Source: Candidatus Woesearchaeota archaeon
Lineage (GTDB): Archaea > Nanobdellota > Nanobdellia > Pacearchaeales > GW2011-AR1
Direction of reading: 5' to 3'
Length of the DNA stretch: 52,648 bases
Assembly (NCBI GenBank): GCA_964576755.1
Contig: CAZNUV010000001.1
Span: forward strand, 106,883 to 159,530
The translations under genes and the position numbers were made by a program. This document shows positions 1 through 10,069 of this stretch, one piece after another; position 1 is the stretch's first letter; each line of letters begins with the position of its first letter. The notes below the pieces were generated by a model. The model saw nothing but the letters and a program-made list of their open reading frames with translations, was not told the DNA's origin and did not search any database.

Positions 1-996
1 TCTACCTATCTTTTTCCTTCTTTTTTCTGAAAATTGGAAGAATTTTTCTATATTTTTTTGAATAGTTTTAACATCTCTAGGAACTTTTATTGCGGGGTTT
101 AATAATCTAAGAGATTCAATATTTGAAACAATTGCAGAAACCTCACAAGACATAGCTTCTCTTGGAACAAATGCATTCCCTTCAGTTCTACTTAAAAACA
201 AAAAAAGATCTGCAGAGTTATAATAATCAACTAATTTTTTTCCAGTAGCACCAGAGACATAAACTATATTCTTAAATCCCTGATCATATGAGGGTTTTTC
301 TGAACCCACTAAAAGAAACTTTATATTGGGATTATTTTCAATGATCTTAAAAAGAGTATCAGCACCTTTTAAGTATGTAAGTCTTCCAACATAGATAATT
401 ATCTTATCCTTTTTCTTTAGTCCTAGTTTTTTCCTACAAACAGATTTATTTTTTTTCTTAAAAAAAGCGGTATCTATAATTGAAGGTAAATAAAAAATCT
501 TTTTTTTACTTATGAAAAAAAATCTTTCTAATTTTTTAGTGATATCTTTAGAAGAAAATAAAAATCGATAAGTGAAAAATTGTGTTAAAAAAAGGATTGA
601 ATGTTCCAGGTTTACTCTAAAACCGAATCTGAAGAATTTTCTTTTAAATAGAATATTCTTAGGCCAAAAAAAATTTCCATGATTATGAGTTATAATATTT
701 GTTTCTTTTAAAAATGTGGATAGGACAATCATCATATCTGTAGTTCCTGATCCAGTAAAATTAACTACTATATCAATATTGTTTTTTCTTAAGAACCTCC
801 TTAATTCAAAAAAAACCAAACTATTCCGGGAAGTATAACCAATAATCTTCGTCTTTTTAAGGTTAAACTTGTCTTTGTCCTTATCCTGACAAAATAAGTA
901 TAATTCTGCACTATCTCCTAAAGTATGTTCATAATTTTCCATTAATCTTTGCCTAGTAAAATGAAAATGGGTTGTAAAAAAACAAATTTTTTTCAT
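1..996 (-). CDS. Glycosyltransferase family 4 (GT-B), 3' end beyond window edge
   Basis: Not in ORF track; manual translation from ATG at 996 (MKKICFFTTH...) stays open to base 1 and has YVGRL..KG and S.TEG....EAMSC GT4 motifs. Confidence 0.85.
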   Translation of the reverse strand, partial: MKKICFFTTHFHFTRQRLMENYEHTLGDSAELYLFCQDKDKDKFNLKKTKIIGYTSRNSLVFFELRRFLRKNNIDIVVNFTGSGTTDMMIVLSTFLKETNIITHNHGNFFWPKNILFKRKFFRFGFRVNLEHSILFLTQFFTYRFLFSSKDITKKLERFFFISKKKIFYLPSIIDTAFFKKKNKSVCRKKLGLKKKDKIIIYVGRLTYLKGADTLFKIIENNPNIKFLLVGSEKPSYDQGFKNIVYVSGATGKKLVDYYNSADLFLFLSRTEGNAFVPREAMSCEVSAIVSNIESLRLLNPAIKVPRDVKTIQKNIEKFFQFSEKRRKKIGR

Positions 997-1091
997 AAAT
1001 TCTATGAATCATATAAACTTATAAAAGTTATGTAAATATGATAATCTTATAGTTTAATAATTCTTAAATAGGGTAAAATTTACCTATTTTT

Positions 1092-3338
1092 ATGGATAAA
1101 CCAAATAAAATCCTAATAGTGGGGGCTGGAGAAGGTGGAAGATTACTTCTTAAAGAGTTAAAAAAAACAGGCCCTACAAAATATACCTTAGTTGGTTTTG
1201 TGGATGATAACAAAATAGGAAAAATAGAGAATATACCTATTTTAGGTAAAATCTACTCAATCCCCCTAATAGTCAAACAATATCAAATAGATGAGATAAT
1301 CATTTCTATACCTTCATTAAAAAAAGAAAAACTTGCCGAAATAATTTCAATATGTAAATCTAGTAATGCAGAGGTAAAAATTCTTCCAAGCACTTATGAG
1401 AGTGTTTATAGTTTAAAGACAGGGAGACCCTGGTATAATCCTATAAGAAAAATAAATCTTGAAGATTTAATAAAGAGAAAACCTTGTGTAATTGATTTTA
1501 AAAAAATTAAAGGACATTTTAAGGGGAAAAGGATACTTATTACTGGCGGAGGGGGTTCAATTGGTAGTGAATTATCTAGACAAATTTCTGAGTTTAACCC
1601 CCGGCTATTAGTGATTGTGGATAACTCAGAATATAATGCATATAAAATTGACATGGAATTAAGAAAGAAATATGGAAAAAAGCTTAATCTGATTACAAAA
1701 ACTTGCGATATAAAAGATTATTTAGCTATTGAAGAAATCTGTAAAAATCAAAAGATAGACATAGTATTTCATGCTGCAGCATATAAACATGTTCCCCTTA
1801 TGGAATTTAATATTAAAGAAGCTGTAAAAAATAACATTTTTGGAACCTATAATGTTGCATTAGCAGCAGAAAAAACAAATGTGAAGGAGTTTATTTTAAT
1901 ATCTACTGATAAAGCTGTAAATCCCACAAGTATTATGGGGGTTACTAAACGAATAACAGAAGAAATAATCCAATTATTTGATAAAACTAAATTTGTTACT
2001 GTAAGGTTTGGGAATGTTCTTGGAAGTAAGGGAAGTGTAATTCCTTTATTTGAGAAACAGATTAAAGAGGGAGGTCCAATAACATTAACTCATCCAAAAA
2101 TGACAAGATATTTTATGACAATTCCAGAAGCAGCACAACTAGTCATCCAGGCAGGGATTGTTGGACAAAATAAAGAGATTTTGATATTAGATATGGGAAA
2201 GCCCTATAAAATAAAAGAGGTTGCAGAAGAACTAATTAGGTTATCTGGATTAATCCCTTATAAAGATATTAAAATTAAATATATTGGATTAAGGCCTGGA
2301 GAAAAATTATGTGAAGAACTATTAACAAATAATGAACTATTAACAAAAACTCAAAATGAGAGGATTTTTGTAAGTAAGGCGGAAGCTATAGATAAAAATA
2401 AACTATCTGAAGATTTAGAAGAACTAAGAAATTTTCTCAAAACAAAGGAAATTGAAACTAAAAGGAAATTGAAAAAAATGCTTCCCTCTTATAAAATTAA
2501 AAAACCTAAAATTTTCATTACAGGGAGTAGGGGTTTTATTGGTTCTAATCTAAAGGGACAATTATTAAATAAAGGATTTGAAATAATTGAAACGCCCTTA
2601 GAAGATAATCTAGAAATAGATCTTTCAAAAAAAGAGAATTTTGCAAATATTCCTCCTGCAGAGATTGTTATTCATTTAGCATCTCATTTACCTCAAAAAG
2701 GTTCTACTAAAGAGGACTATAATAGGGATATAGAAATGACCAGGAATATTATTGAATATTGTGAAAAATATAATTCAAAATTGATTTTTATTTCAAGCTC
2801 TGCAGTATATGGGAATACTAAATTAAATCCAATTAAAGAGAACGAAGTCATAAATCCAATTAATGATTATGGTAAATGTAAGGCAGAATGTGAAAGATTA
2901 ATATTAAGCTCTAAGTTAAAAGGGGTTATCTTAAGATTTTTTAATATTTATGGGCCTGAGCAGCATAAAAAATTCTTGATTTATTCAATTAATGAAGATA
3001 TTAAAACTGGTTGTATAAAGATAATGAAACACATAAAAAGAGATATGCTGTATCTTTCAGACGCTACACAATCAATAATTAACTCTATTTATTTCAAGAA
3101 TAATCATATAAAAATATTTAATATTGGTAGTGGAAAAAGTTTTTTTATAGAAGAAATTGCAGATAAAATTAGTAGTATAAAAAAAGTGAACCCTATTAAA
3201 GAATATTTAGAACCAAATGAAACAACCATTTTAGACATATGTGCAGATATAAGTTTAGCTAAAAAGCATCTCAAATGGAAACCTAAAATTTCTCTAGATA
3301 ATGGACTAAAATTAACTATTGAGAATAATAAGACTTAA
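1092..3338 (+). CDS. PglF/CapD/WbpM-type nucleotide-sugar 4,6-dehydratase fused to a second C-terminal NAD-dependent epimerase/reductase (SDR) domain
   Basis: N-terminal GAGEGG Rossmann; TGGGGSIG, HAAAYKHVP, STDKAVNP, MGVTKR, RFGNVLGS, RPGEKL motifs; then a second TGSRGFIG ... SSSAVYG ... YGKCK SDR. Confidence 0.9.
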   Translation: MDKPNKILIVGAGEGGRLLLKELKKTGPTKYTLVGFVDDNKIGKIENIPILGKIYSIPLIVKQYQIDEIIISIPSLKKEKLAEIISICKSSNAEVKILPSTYESVYSLKTGRPWYNPIRKINLEDLIKRKPCVIDFKKIKGHFKGKRILITGGGGSIGSELSRQISEFNPRLLVIVDNSEYNAYKIDMELRKKYGKKLNLITKTCDIKDYLAIEEICKNQKIDIVFHAAAYKHVPLMEFNIKEAVKNNIFGTYNVALAAEKTNVKEFILISTDKAVNPTSIMGVTKRITEEIIQLFDKTKFVTVRFGNVLGSKGSVIPLFEKQIKEGGPITLTHPKMTRYFMTIPEAAQLVIQAGIVGQNKEILILDMGKPYKIKEVAEELIRLSGLIPYKDIKIKYIGLRPGEKLCEELLTNNELLTKTQNERIFVSKAEAIDKNKLSEDLEELRNFLKTKEIETKRKLKKMLPSYKIKKPKIFITGSRGFIGSNLKGQLLNKGFEIIETPLEDNLEIDLSKKENFANIPPAEIVIHLASHLPQKGSTKEDYNRDIEMTRNIIEYCEKYNSKLIFISSSAVYGNTKLNPIKENEVINPINDYGKCKAECERLILSSKLKGVILRFFNIYGPEQHKKFLIYSINEDIKTGCIKIMKHIKRDMLYLSDATQSIINSIYFKNNHIKIFNIGSGKSFFIEEIADKISSIKKVNPIKEYLEPNETTILDICADISLAKKHLKWKPKISLDNGLKLTIENNKT

Positions 3339-3383
3339 ATAAGGGTATTTATTGTAAGAAATATTTTAAATAAGAGTATAAAA

Positions 3384-5375
3384 ATGAAAAAAGTAAGCGT
3401 TGTAATTGTCTCCCATAATAATAAAGATATTCTTCCTAAATGTTTAAACGCCTTAAAACAACAATCATATAAGAATTTTGAGGTCTATCTGATGGATAAT
3501 GATTCTAGTGATGGTACTCCAGAATTTATTAAGAAAAACTACCCTTTAATAAAATTCTTTAATATCTCTGAAAGTGTTTCTAAAAAAAGGAATATGGCTA
3601 TTAAAAAATCAAACTCTGAGTATATAATAACCTTAGATAGTGATAATGTTTTATCAAAAGAATGGATAAAAACAGCTGTTAAGTACATGGATGAACATAA
3701 AAATGTAGGAATTTGTTGTGGAAAAATGATTGGTCGAGATAAAAAGATAGATTGGGCCGGGGGAATAATGGACCTCTCTGGAGGAATAGCTGATAGGGGC
3801 CATGGTCAAAAAGATTCTGAGGAATATGATTCATTTAAACAGATACCAGTCATGACCACTGCAAATGCAATAATAAGGAGAAAAACCTTAGAAGAAATAG
3901 GAATATTTGATGAGGTTTTTTATTATGATTTTGAAGATGCAGATTTGGGATTAAGAGCAAACTTAGCAAATTGGAGGGTAATTTACAATCCAGAACTTAT
4001 CTCAATACATTCATATCATTCCACAATATCTAAAATGGATAAAAAACAACTAGACAAAATACGTTTTTATTCTATTAGAAATAAAAATTTAATGCTTTTA
4101 AAAAATTTTGAGATGAAAACCCTATTCAGAAATTCTCCTTGGATTGTTTTATCTAACCTTAACAATTTTATAAAAAATCCTCTAATTAGTTTAAAAGCTT
4201 TTTATTGGATTTTCTCAAATATTGGAACAATATATAGTTCTAGAAAAATTACTTTAAAGAAGAAAAAAATTAAAGATAAGGATTTTTTCCAGTTGTATGA
4301 AATTCCTCCTTTAGTAAGATACTCTAATAAAAAAAACAAATTAATATGGTTTTTTAAAAGGATAAATCAAAGAAAAATAAAAAACCTTACTTTTTTCATT
4401 ACCTCAAGGTGCAATTCTCGATGTAAACATTGTTTTTATTGGAAATCTTTAAATCAAAATAAAGACCTTTCATTAGAACAAATAGAAAAAATATTTTCTA
4501 AGTTCTTTGATGTTTATGCAATTTCTTTAGGGGGAGGGGAACCATTTTTAAGAACAGATATAGACAAAATAATTAAGATTGCTAAAAAATATACTGACTG
4601 TAAGATAATTGATATTCCAACAAATGGATTAATAGATATATTTCCAAAGTTAGAACAGATTCTCAAAGAAAATCCCCATATAAGATTTGCTATACATCCC
4701 TCTTTAGATGGGTTTAAAGAAGATCATGATTATATTCGGGGAGTTAATGGAGGTTTTGAAAAAACAATATCCCTAATTAAAAGACTTGCAAAATTAAAAA
4801 AGATTTATCCTAACTTTGTAGAGCTTGCAGTAAATACTGTAGTAATGAATAAAAATTTTAAAAATTTAGAAAGATTTATAGAATTTGTAAAGACTCTTCC
4901 AGTTAGTGGACATGCTTTTGAAATAATAAGGGGGGACCATCAACAAATCTTAGGACCTCCAAATCCTTCTCAATTAAGAAAAATAGCTAAAATAGCCTAT
5001 CAAACACAAAGATATTATAATAAAAAATTTTCCCTAATAAAAAGGATATTTTATAATTTAAGATATAAAGAAGTATGGAGAACTCAACTAAATGCAATGA
5101 AAGGGAGAAAATGGAGATTTAAATGTACTGCGGGATTAACAGATTTTGTAATTGATAGTAATGGAGATGCAAAGATATGTGAACTACAGCCCTTAGTGGG
5201 AAATATGTTAACAGATAATTATCCGGAAGTCTTAAACACAAATCCGGGTAGGAGTATATTTAAAAAAATGAAAAACCATGAATGTGATTGTACTCATAAT
5301 TGCAATATCTCTTCGAGCATGGATTGTTCTTTCAAAAACATATTTTTTGACCGATGGTTTTATAATCTTGTCTAA
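3384..5375 (+). CDS. GT2 glycosyltransferase fused to radical SAM/SPASM-like domain
   Basis: N-half VSVVIV, DNDSSDGT, LDSD, EDADL (GT2); C-half CNSRCKHC, GGEPFLR, SLDG, C-terminal Cys cluster. Confidence 0.85.
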   Translation: MKKVSVVIVSHNNKDILPKCLNALKQQSYKNFEVYLMDNDSSDGTPEFIKKNYPLIKFFNISESVSKKRNMAIKKSNSEYIITLDSDNVLSKEWIKTAVKYMDEHKNVGICCGKMIGRDKKIDWAGGIMDLSGGIADRGHGQKDSEEYDSFKQIPVMTTANAIIRRKTLEEIGIFDEVFYYDFEDADLGLRANLANWRVIYNPELISIHSYHSTISKMDKKQLDKIRFYSIRNKNLMLLKNFEMKTLFRNSPWIVLSNLNNFIKNPLISLKAFYWIFSNIGTIYSSRKITLKKKKIKDKDFFQLYEIPPLVRYSNKKNKLIWFFKRINQRKIKNLTFFITSRCNSRCKHCFYWKSLNQNKDLSLEQIEKIFSKFFDVYAISLGGGEPFLRTDIDKIIKIAKKYTDCKIIDIPTNGLIDIFPKLEQILKENPHIRFAIHPSLDGFKEDHDYIRGVNGGFEKTISLIKRLAKLKKIYPNFVELAVNTVVMNKNFKNLERFIEFVKTLPVSGHAFEIIRGDHQQILGPPNPSQLRKIAKIAYQTQRYYNKKFSLIKRIFYNLRYKEVWRTQLNAMKGRKWRFKCTAGLTDFVIDSNGDAKICELQPLVGNMLTDNYPEVLNTNPGRSIFKKMKNHECDCTHNCNISSSMDCSFKNIFFDRWFYNLV

Positions 5376-5389
5376 ATTATTAATATAAA

Positions 5390-6160
5390 ATGATATACCT
5401 TACTGGCGATGTACATGCACAAATAGAAAATCATTTTGAACAGAAAATTGCAGGTTCAGAAATAATAGCAGCAAGAAAATTTTTAGAAATTTTAAAAAAG
5501 TATAATATTTCTTCTACACTATTCATTAATGGAGTTAGTTTAGATAAGAATCTCAAACAAGTTAAAAAGCTTTTAGATTATGATGTAGAACTAGGAGGCC
5601 ATACTTACAACAATTTTGATAAGGCCGGTTTAATAAAAAATTACATTTATAGAAAATATTTTGGGTGTATTTATGGTCCAAGTTGGTATCAAAAAAAGGA
5701 TATTAAAAAAACTAAAATGGCTTTTGAAAAGGCTGGATTAAAAATGAACTCTTGGAGAACTCATGCTTTTGGTTCAAATAATAAAACTTTTCTTTTACTC
5801 AAAAGATATGGTGTAAAATATGTTTCTGATTTAACTGGAAATATAAACCCCTTTGAAAAAGAAGGGATTGTCCACGTTCCAATAAATATACCTGTAGACC
5901 AAAACACAATTGCATACTCAATTTTAAGTCCAGAAAATAGAGGTCCTTTTGTTGGATGTGTAAAAGGAAGAATAAAACCAGAAGAATGGTTTGAAATCCT
6001 AAAAGAAAGAGTTATAAAAAATGAAAAGGAAAAAAAGGATAGTGTAATATTAATACACCCAATAACCATGGCTGTTTTAGATAATTTTGAATTATTTGAA
6101 AAAATAGCAAAATTTTTATCCAAATATAAATCTGGGAAAATTTCAGAAATAAAAATCTAA
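5390..6160 (+). CDS. Polysaccharide deacetylase family protein
   Basis: LTGDVH, TLFING, ELGGHTY, WRTH, LIHP motifs of the NodB-like fold. Confidence 0.7.
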   Translation: MIYLTGDVHAQIENHFEQKIAGSEIIAARKFLEILKKYNISSTLFINGVSLDKNLKQVKKLLDYDVELGGHTYNNFDKAGLIKNYIYRKYFGCIYGPSWYQKKDIKKTKMAFEKAGLKMNSWRTHAFGSNNKTFLLLKRYGVKYVSDLTGNINPFEKEGIVHVPINIPVDQNTIAYSILSPENRGPFVGCVKGRIKPEEWFEILKERVIKNEKEKKDSVILIHPITMAVLDNFELFEKIAKFLSKYKSGKISEIKI

Positions 6161-6162
6161 AG

Positions 6163-7695
6163 CTAAGATTTTACTATAAATTTTTTATTATTGTTAAAAT
6201 CAAAAGTTTCTTTTATCATTAAAATATCTTGTTTTCCAACACCCCTAATTAGGGCCATTATAGCAAAATAAATTATTACTCCTAAAAGAATCTCAAAAAT
6301 TCCTATGATTAGATTCATATCTGTTATAAACACTTTATTTATTAAAAACAAAACAACAAACATTACTAGTGAAGAAAATAATGGTTTAATAAAGTAAGAG
6401 AATTTAAATCTGATTCCAAAGTCTTTTTTTGCCCGAATCATTAAAGCAAAAAGATAGAAATAAACACTAATAACAGTTGCAATTGCAGCCCCAGATATGG
6501 CCCAGGTAAAAGATATTTTAACTAAAACTGAGATTAATACCAAGTTTAGGATAATATTCATTAAAGAAGCAATTAAAATCATTTTAGTAACATACTTTGG
6601 TTTTTCTTTTGAAGAAAATAAAGAAATTATAACTCCTCCCAAAATAACATAAAATATGTGTCCTGTTAAAAACATAAAAGGGATTGTTGCAAGAAGATAA
6701 TCATATCCAAAAAATAACCTAATAAAATACCTCCCAAATATAAGGGCTCCAAAAGTTAAGGGAATAGATAACAAACAAATGTATCTAAAGACTTTATCAA
6801 AAGAATCTTTCATTTGAGATTCCTTCAATTGAGTGAATACTGGTAAAATAACCCAAGCTACTGAAAAAATAACCCCTAAACTAGTAACTAAAGACAATGC
6901 AGAAGAATAGTAACCAATATAATCAGGAGTTACAAAAATACCTAACATAAGAGTATCAATATATCCAAATAAGACCGAAAAAATTCCTGCTATACTCAAG
7001 TATTTTAAAAAATTTAAAACTCTTTTTTTATCAATTCCGATAGAAGATTTTTTGAGCAAAAATGGGGCTAATTTTCTTAATAAAAATAATAAAATTAAAA
7101 GAGCAATAAAATTTACTAAAATCAATCCAAGTATGATCCATATTGTTCTAAATTTTTCAATGATTATAAAAAAAACTAAACTTGCAACTGAAATTTTTAG
7201 AACTTGCAAGGTTATTTCTTTAAAAAGAAGATATTTTATCTGATTTATAGCATAAAAAAGTCTTTCAAAAAATGTTTCATAAGATAAAATAATCAGATAA
7301 ACAGAAAGGGCTAACAATAATGGAAATATTTCTGGTTTTTTAAATATAAAAAAGGCTAATGGATAAGATAAAATTATTAAGAGTAATGAAAAGATTATTG
7401 TTAAAATTGTTTTTATCTTAAGTAGATATCTTAAATAACCCACTGCCTTGGATTTTTGTTTTTTGCCCAAGGCATCAGAAACATATCTTAGTGTTGTCTG
7501 ATTAATTCCTAATTCTGTAAATGTAATAAAAACCAAGGTAATAACCATAGCCAAATTATAAATTCCAAAACCTTCTGGTTTCAAGAACCTTGCTAAAAGA
7601 ATTACAAATATTAATGCTCCAAACTTACTTATAAAAGTGTATATTGCTTGCCAAATAGACTCTCTAGCAATTTTAACTGAAACCTTTTCTTCCAT
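6163..7695 (-). CDS. Wzx/MOP-family oligosaccharide flippase
   Basis: About 14 hydrophobic segments; LARFLKPEGFGIY, IDTLMLG, IGYYS, GAAIAT motifs; start moved to ATG 7695. Confidence 0.9.
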   Translation of the reverse strand: MEEKVSVKIARESIWQAIYTFISKFGALIFVILLARFLKPEGFGIYNLAMVITLVFITFTELGINQTTLRYVSDALGKKQKSKAVGYLRYLLKIKTILTIIFSLLLIILSYPLAFFIFKKPEIFPLLLALSVYLIILSYETFFERLFYAINQIKYLLFKEITLQVLKISVASLVFFIIIEKFRTIWIILGLILVNFIALLILLFLLRKLAPFLLKKSSIGIDKKRVLNFLKYLSIAGIFSVLFGYIDTLMLGIFVTPDYIGYYSSALSLVTSLGVIFSVAWVILPVFTQLKESQMKDSFDKVFRYICLLSIPLTFGALIFGRYFIRLFFGYDYLLATIPFMFLTGHIFYVILGGVIISLFSSKEKPKYVTKMILIASLMNIILNLVLISVLVKISFTWAISGAAIATVISVYFYLFALMIRAKKDFGIRFKFSYFIKPLFSSLVMFVVLFLINKVFITDMNLIIGIFEILLGVIIYFAIMALIRGVGKQDILMIKETFDFNNNKKFIVKS

Positions 7696-7768
7696 ATAAT
7701 CCAAGAAAGTTCCTATATTTAAATAACTATTTAATAAAATAAATTAAAAGATTCTCTTAGAAATTATT

Positions 7769-8914
7769 TCAAGAAATTCTATCCAAAATATCCCTTAAAG
7801 ATTCCAGAGTTAATTTCCGTGGATTATTTTTTACTCTTTCTAGTTTAAACCCCTCTTTAATTATAATATTTTTTCTTCTTTCATTAATCCCTAATTTTGA
7901 TAATCTTGTTTCTAATCCAATCTTATGCATCAAAGAAGTTATATTCCTTGCTGCTTCTTTTTCATTATGCCCTCCTAATAAAAATGTTAATTCTCTAGTT
8001 GTTTTTTTGACATAATCTGGTCCGCGAAAATCGGCACAATCCTTACCAGAAATAAACGAATTAAAGATTAACATTTGTCCTAAGGTTAAACCTACTGCAT
8101 GGCCATGGAGCACTCTAAAATAAGAAGTCATTGGATAAGCAATTGAATGACATGCAGTCGTCTTGGTGATATTAATTGCCTTACCTGCTAAATTTGCGCC
8201 GGCCATAACATAATATTTTGCTTGTTTTTTTAATTCTGGATCAGTACTGTTTACCGAAATTTCTAGATTATTTATTAAACATTTTATAGCTTGTTTAGAA
8301 AATTCCTTAGATTGTTTATTAGAATTTATGCTCCAATAAGATTCTATTGATTGACCTAAAGCATCTATTCCTGTTGCAGCAGCTATTTTTTTAGGTAAAG
8401 ACATTGTAAATTGGGGATCTACAATTGTATATTCTGGAAGAGTAATCTCTAAGTTTCCAGAAGATTGTTTTTTCTTTCCTTTGTAATAAACTATAAAATA
8501 AGTTGCTTCACTTCCGCTTCCGGCTGTGGTTGGTATTGCAATTAACGGAATTTTTTGTTTTGTTTCTTCATAATAGTCTAATTTAATCTTTTTTGAGACA
8601 TCAATACAAGAACCTCCCCCAACTGCAATAATTAAATCATAATTATTATTGTTTTGATTAAAAATTTTAAAACCCCTCCTTATTTCCTCTTCCTTAGGAT
8701 TAGAAGAAAAATTACAAAATCTTGTAAATCTAATATTATTCTTTTGAAATATTTCTTTTAAAATATCTTCAGATCCAGATAATTTATAAGAATTATGTCC
8801 AGTTACTAAAAAAATTTCTTTATAACTTTCTTTATGTAAAATTGTATCTAGATTTTTGATAGATCCAAATCCAAAATATTCTTCTTGTCCTTGAAATTTT
8901 TTCATTTTAGTCAT
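7769..8914 (-). CDS. Phosphonoacetaldehyde reductase (group III Fe-alcohol dehydrogenase, PhpC/FomC-like)
   Basis: GGGS, PTTAGSGSE, DALGQSIES, HSIAYP, HGH motifs; ATGA-coupled directly behind phosphonopyruvate decarboxylase. Confidence 0.85.
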   Translation of the reverse strand: MTKMKKFQGQEEYFGFGSIKNLDTILHKESYKEIFLVTGHNSYKLSGSEDILKEIFQKNNIRFTRFCNFSSNPKEEEIRRGFKIFNQNNNNYDLIIAVGGGSCIDVSKKIKLDYYEETKQKIPLIAIPTTAGSGSEATYFIVYYKGKKKQSSGNLEITLPEYTIVDPQFTMSLPKKIAAATGIDALGQSIESYWSINSNKQSKEFSKQAIKCLINNLEISVNSTDPELKKQAKYYVMAGANLAGKAINITKTTACHSIAYPMTSYFRVLHGHAVGLTLGQMLIFNSFISGKDCADFRGPDYVKKTTRELTFLLGGHNEKEAARNITSLMHKIGLETRLSKLGINERRKNIIIKEGFKLERVKNNPRKLTLESLRDILDRIS

Positions 8915-10062
8915 TTCCCTAAAAAATCCATTAGGGCTTGTTTATTCTCTATAGGAGTTATTGTTGGCCTTCCAAGATCTTTTCTAGCACCCTTATTGAC
9001 TTTAATTACTAAAATTTTTGGGCCCTCTTGTTTTAAATTTTTAATTTCTTTAAAAAAATCTACTAAATCTTTTTTTGATTCTATCTGTTTTGCATTCATA
9101 TAACCACAAGCAGAAGCTATTTTTTTAAAATCAACACTATCCGAAGAAGTTGGCTGCCCCCCTGTTGAATCATAAGCATTATTATCGAAAATTATATGGG
9201 TTAAATTTTTGGGGTTATTATGCCCGACTGTTGCAAGGGCTCCTAGTTGCATTAATGTAGCTCCGTCACCATCAAAGATAAAAACTTTTTTATTTGGTTT
9301 TTGTAAGGCTATTTCTAATGCAATAGAAGATGAACATCCCATACTTCCCACTGTTAAAAAATCTTTTTCATGGCCTTGTTTTAATGATTCTCTATATTCA
9401 AACAGTTCTCTAGAAGTTTTACCAGTAGTAGAAATAATAATTTCATCTCCACCTAAGTTGTTAATAATAAACTTAATTGCATCTTCTCTAAACATCTCAT
9501 AATTAGTTTTTATTTTTTTAAGTGCATCATATTCTTCAAAAAGTCCGTTTGTCATAATAATTGCAGTAGCATAATTTGTTTGTTTTGCTGTTTGTTTTGC
9601 CCAAAAAATTTTTTCTCTTACAATATTAATATCATCTTTCTCCTCAAGAACCTTATAAGGAATCTCTAAAACATCAAGTAAGGGCAACATTATTTTTCCC
9701 ATCATTTTATGTTGTGGCTCATCCTTTTTTTCATTTTTTGGATTTCCCCTCCATCCTATCATTAATACTGTAGGGATCGAGTAAACTTCTTTAGCAGTTA
9801 AAGAAGTGAGTGGATTAACTGTTTTTCCAAGACCAGAATTTTGCATATAAATAACACCAATATTTCCAGTTGCAAGATGATATCCTGCAGCAAGAGAAAC
9901 AGCTTCACATTCGTTTACAGCAATTCTATTTGTTAAACCATTTTCATGATTATCTGCAAGAAATTTCATCCAATCTTTAAAAGTAGAATCAGGCACCCCA
10001 GTAAAATAATCTAAATTTTGTTCTTTAAATACTTTATAGAGTTCTTCACATTTTATAGTCAT
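8911..10062 (-). CDS. aepY: Phosphonopyruvate decarboxylase
   Basis: FTGVPDS, NECEA, YMQNSGLG, DEPQH, STTGKTSREL, VGSMG, DGDG...NN TPP motif, STGGQ, LGRP. Confidence 0.95.
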   Translation of the reverse strand: MTIKCEELYKVFKEQNLDYFTGVPDSTFKDWMKFLADNHENGLTNRIAVNECEAVSLAAGYHLATGNIGVIYMQNSGLGKTVNPLTSLTAKEVYSIPTVLMIGWRGNPKNEKKDEPQHKMMGKIMLPLLDVLEIPYKVLEEKDDINIVREKIFWAKQTAKQTNYATAIIMTNGLFEEYDALKKIKTNYEMFREDAIKFIINNLGGDEIIISTTGKTSRELFEYRESLKQGHEKDFLTVGSMGCSSSIALEIALQKPNKKVFIFDGDGATLMQLGALATVGHNNPKNLTHIIFDNNAYDSTGGQPTSSDSVDFKKIASACGYMNAKQIESKKDLVDFFKEIKNLKQEGPKILVIKVNKGARKDLGRPTITPIENKQALMDFLGK

Positions 10063-10069
10063 TTTAAGA

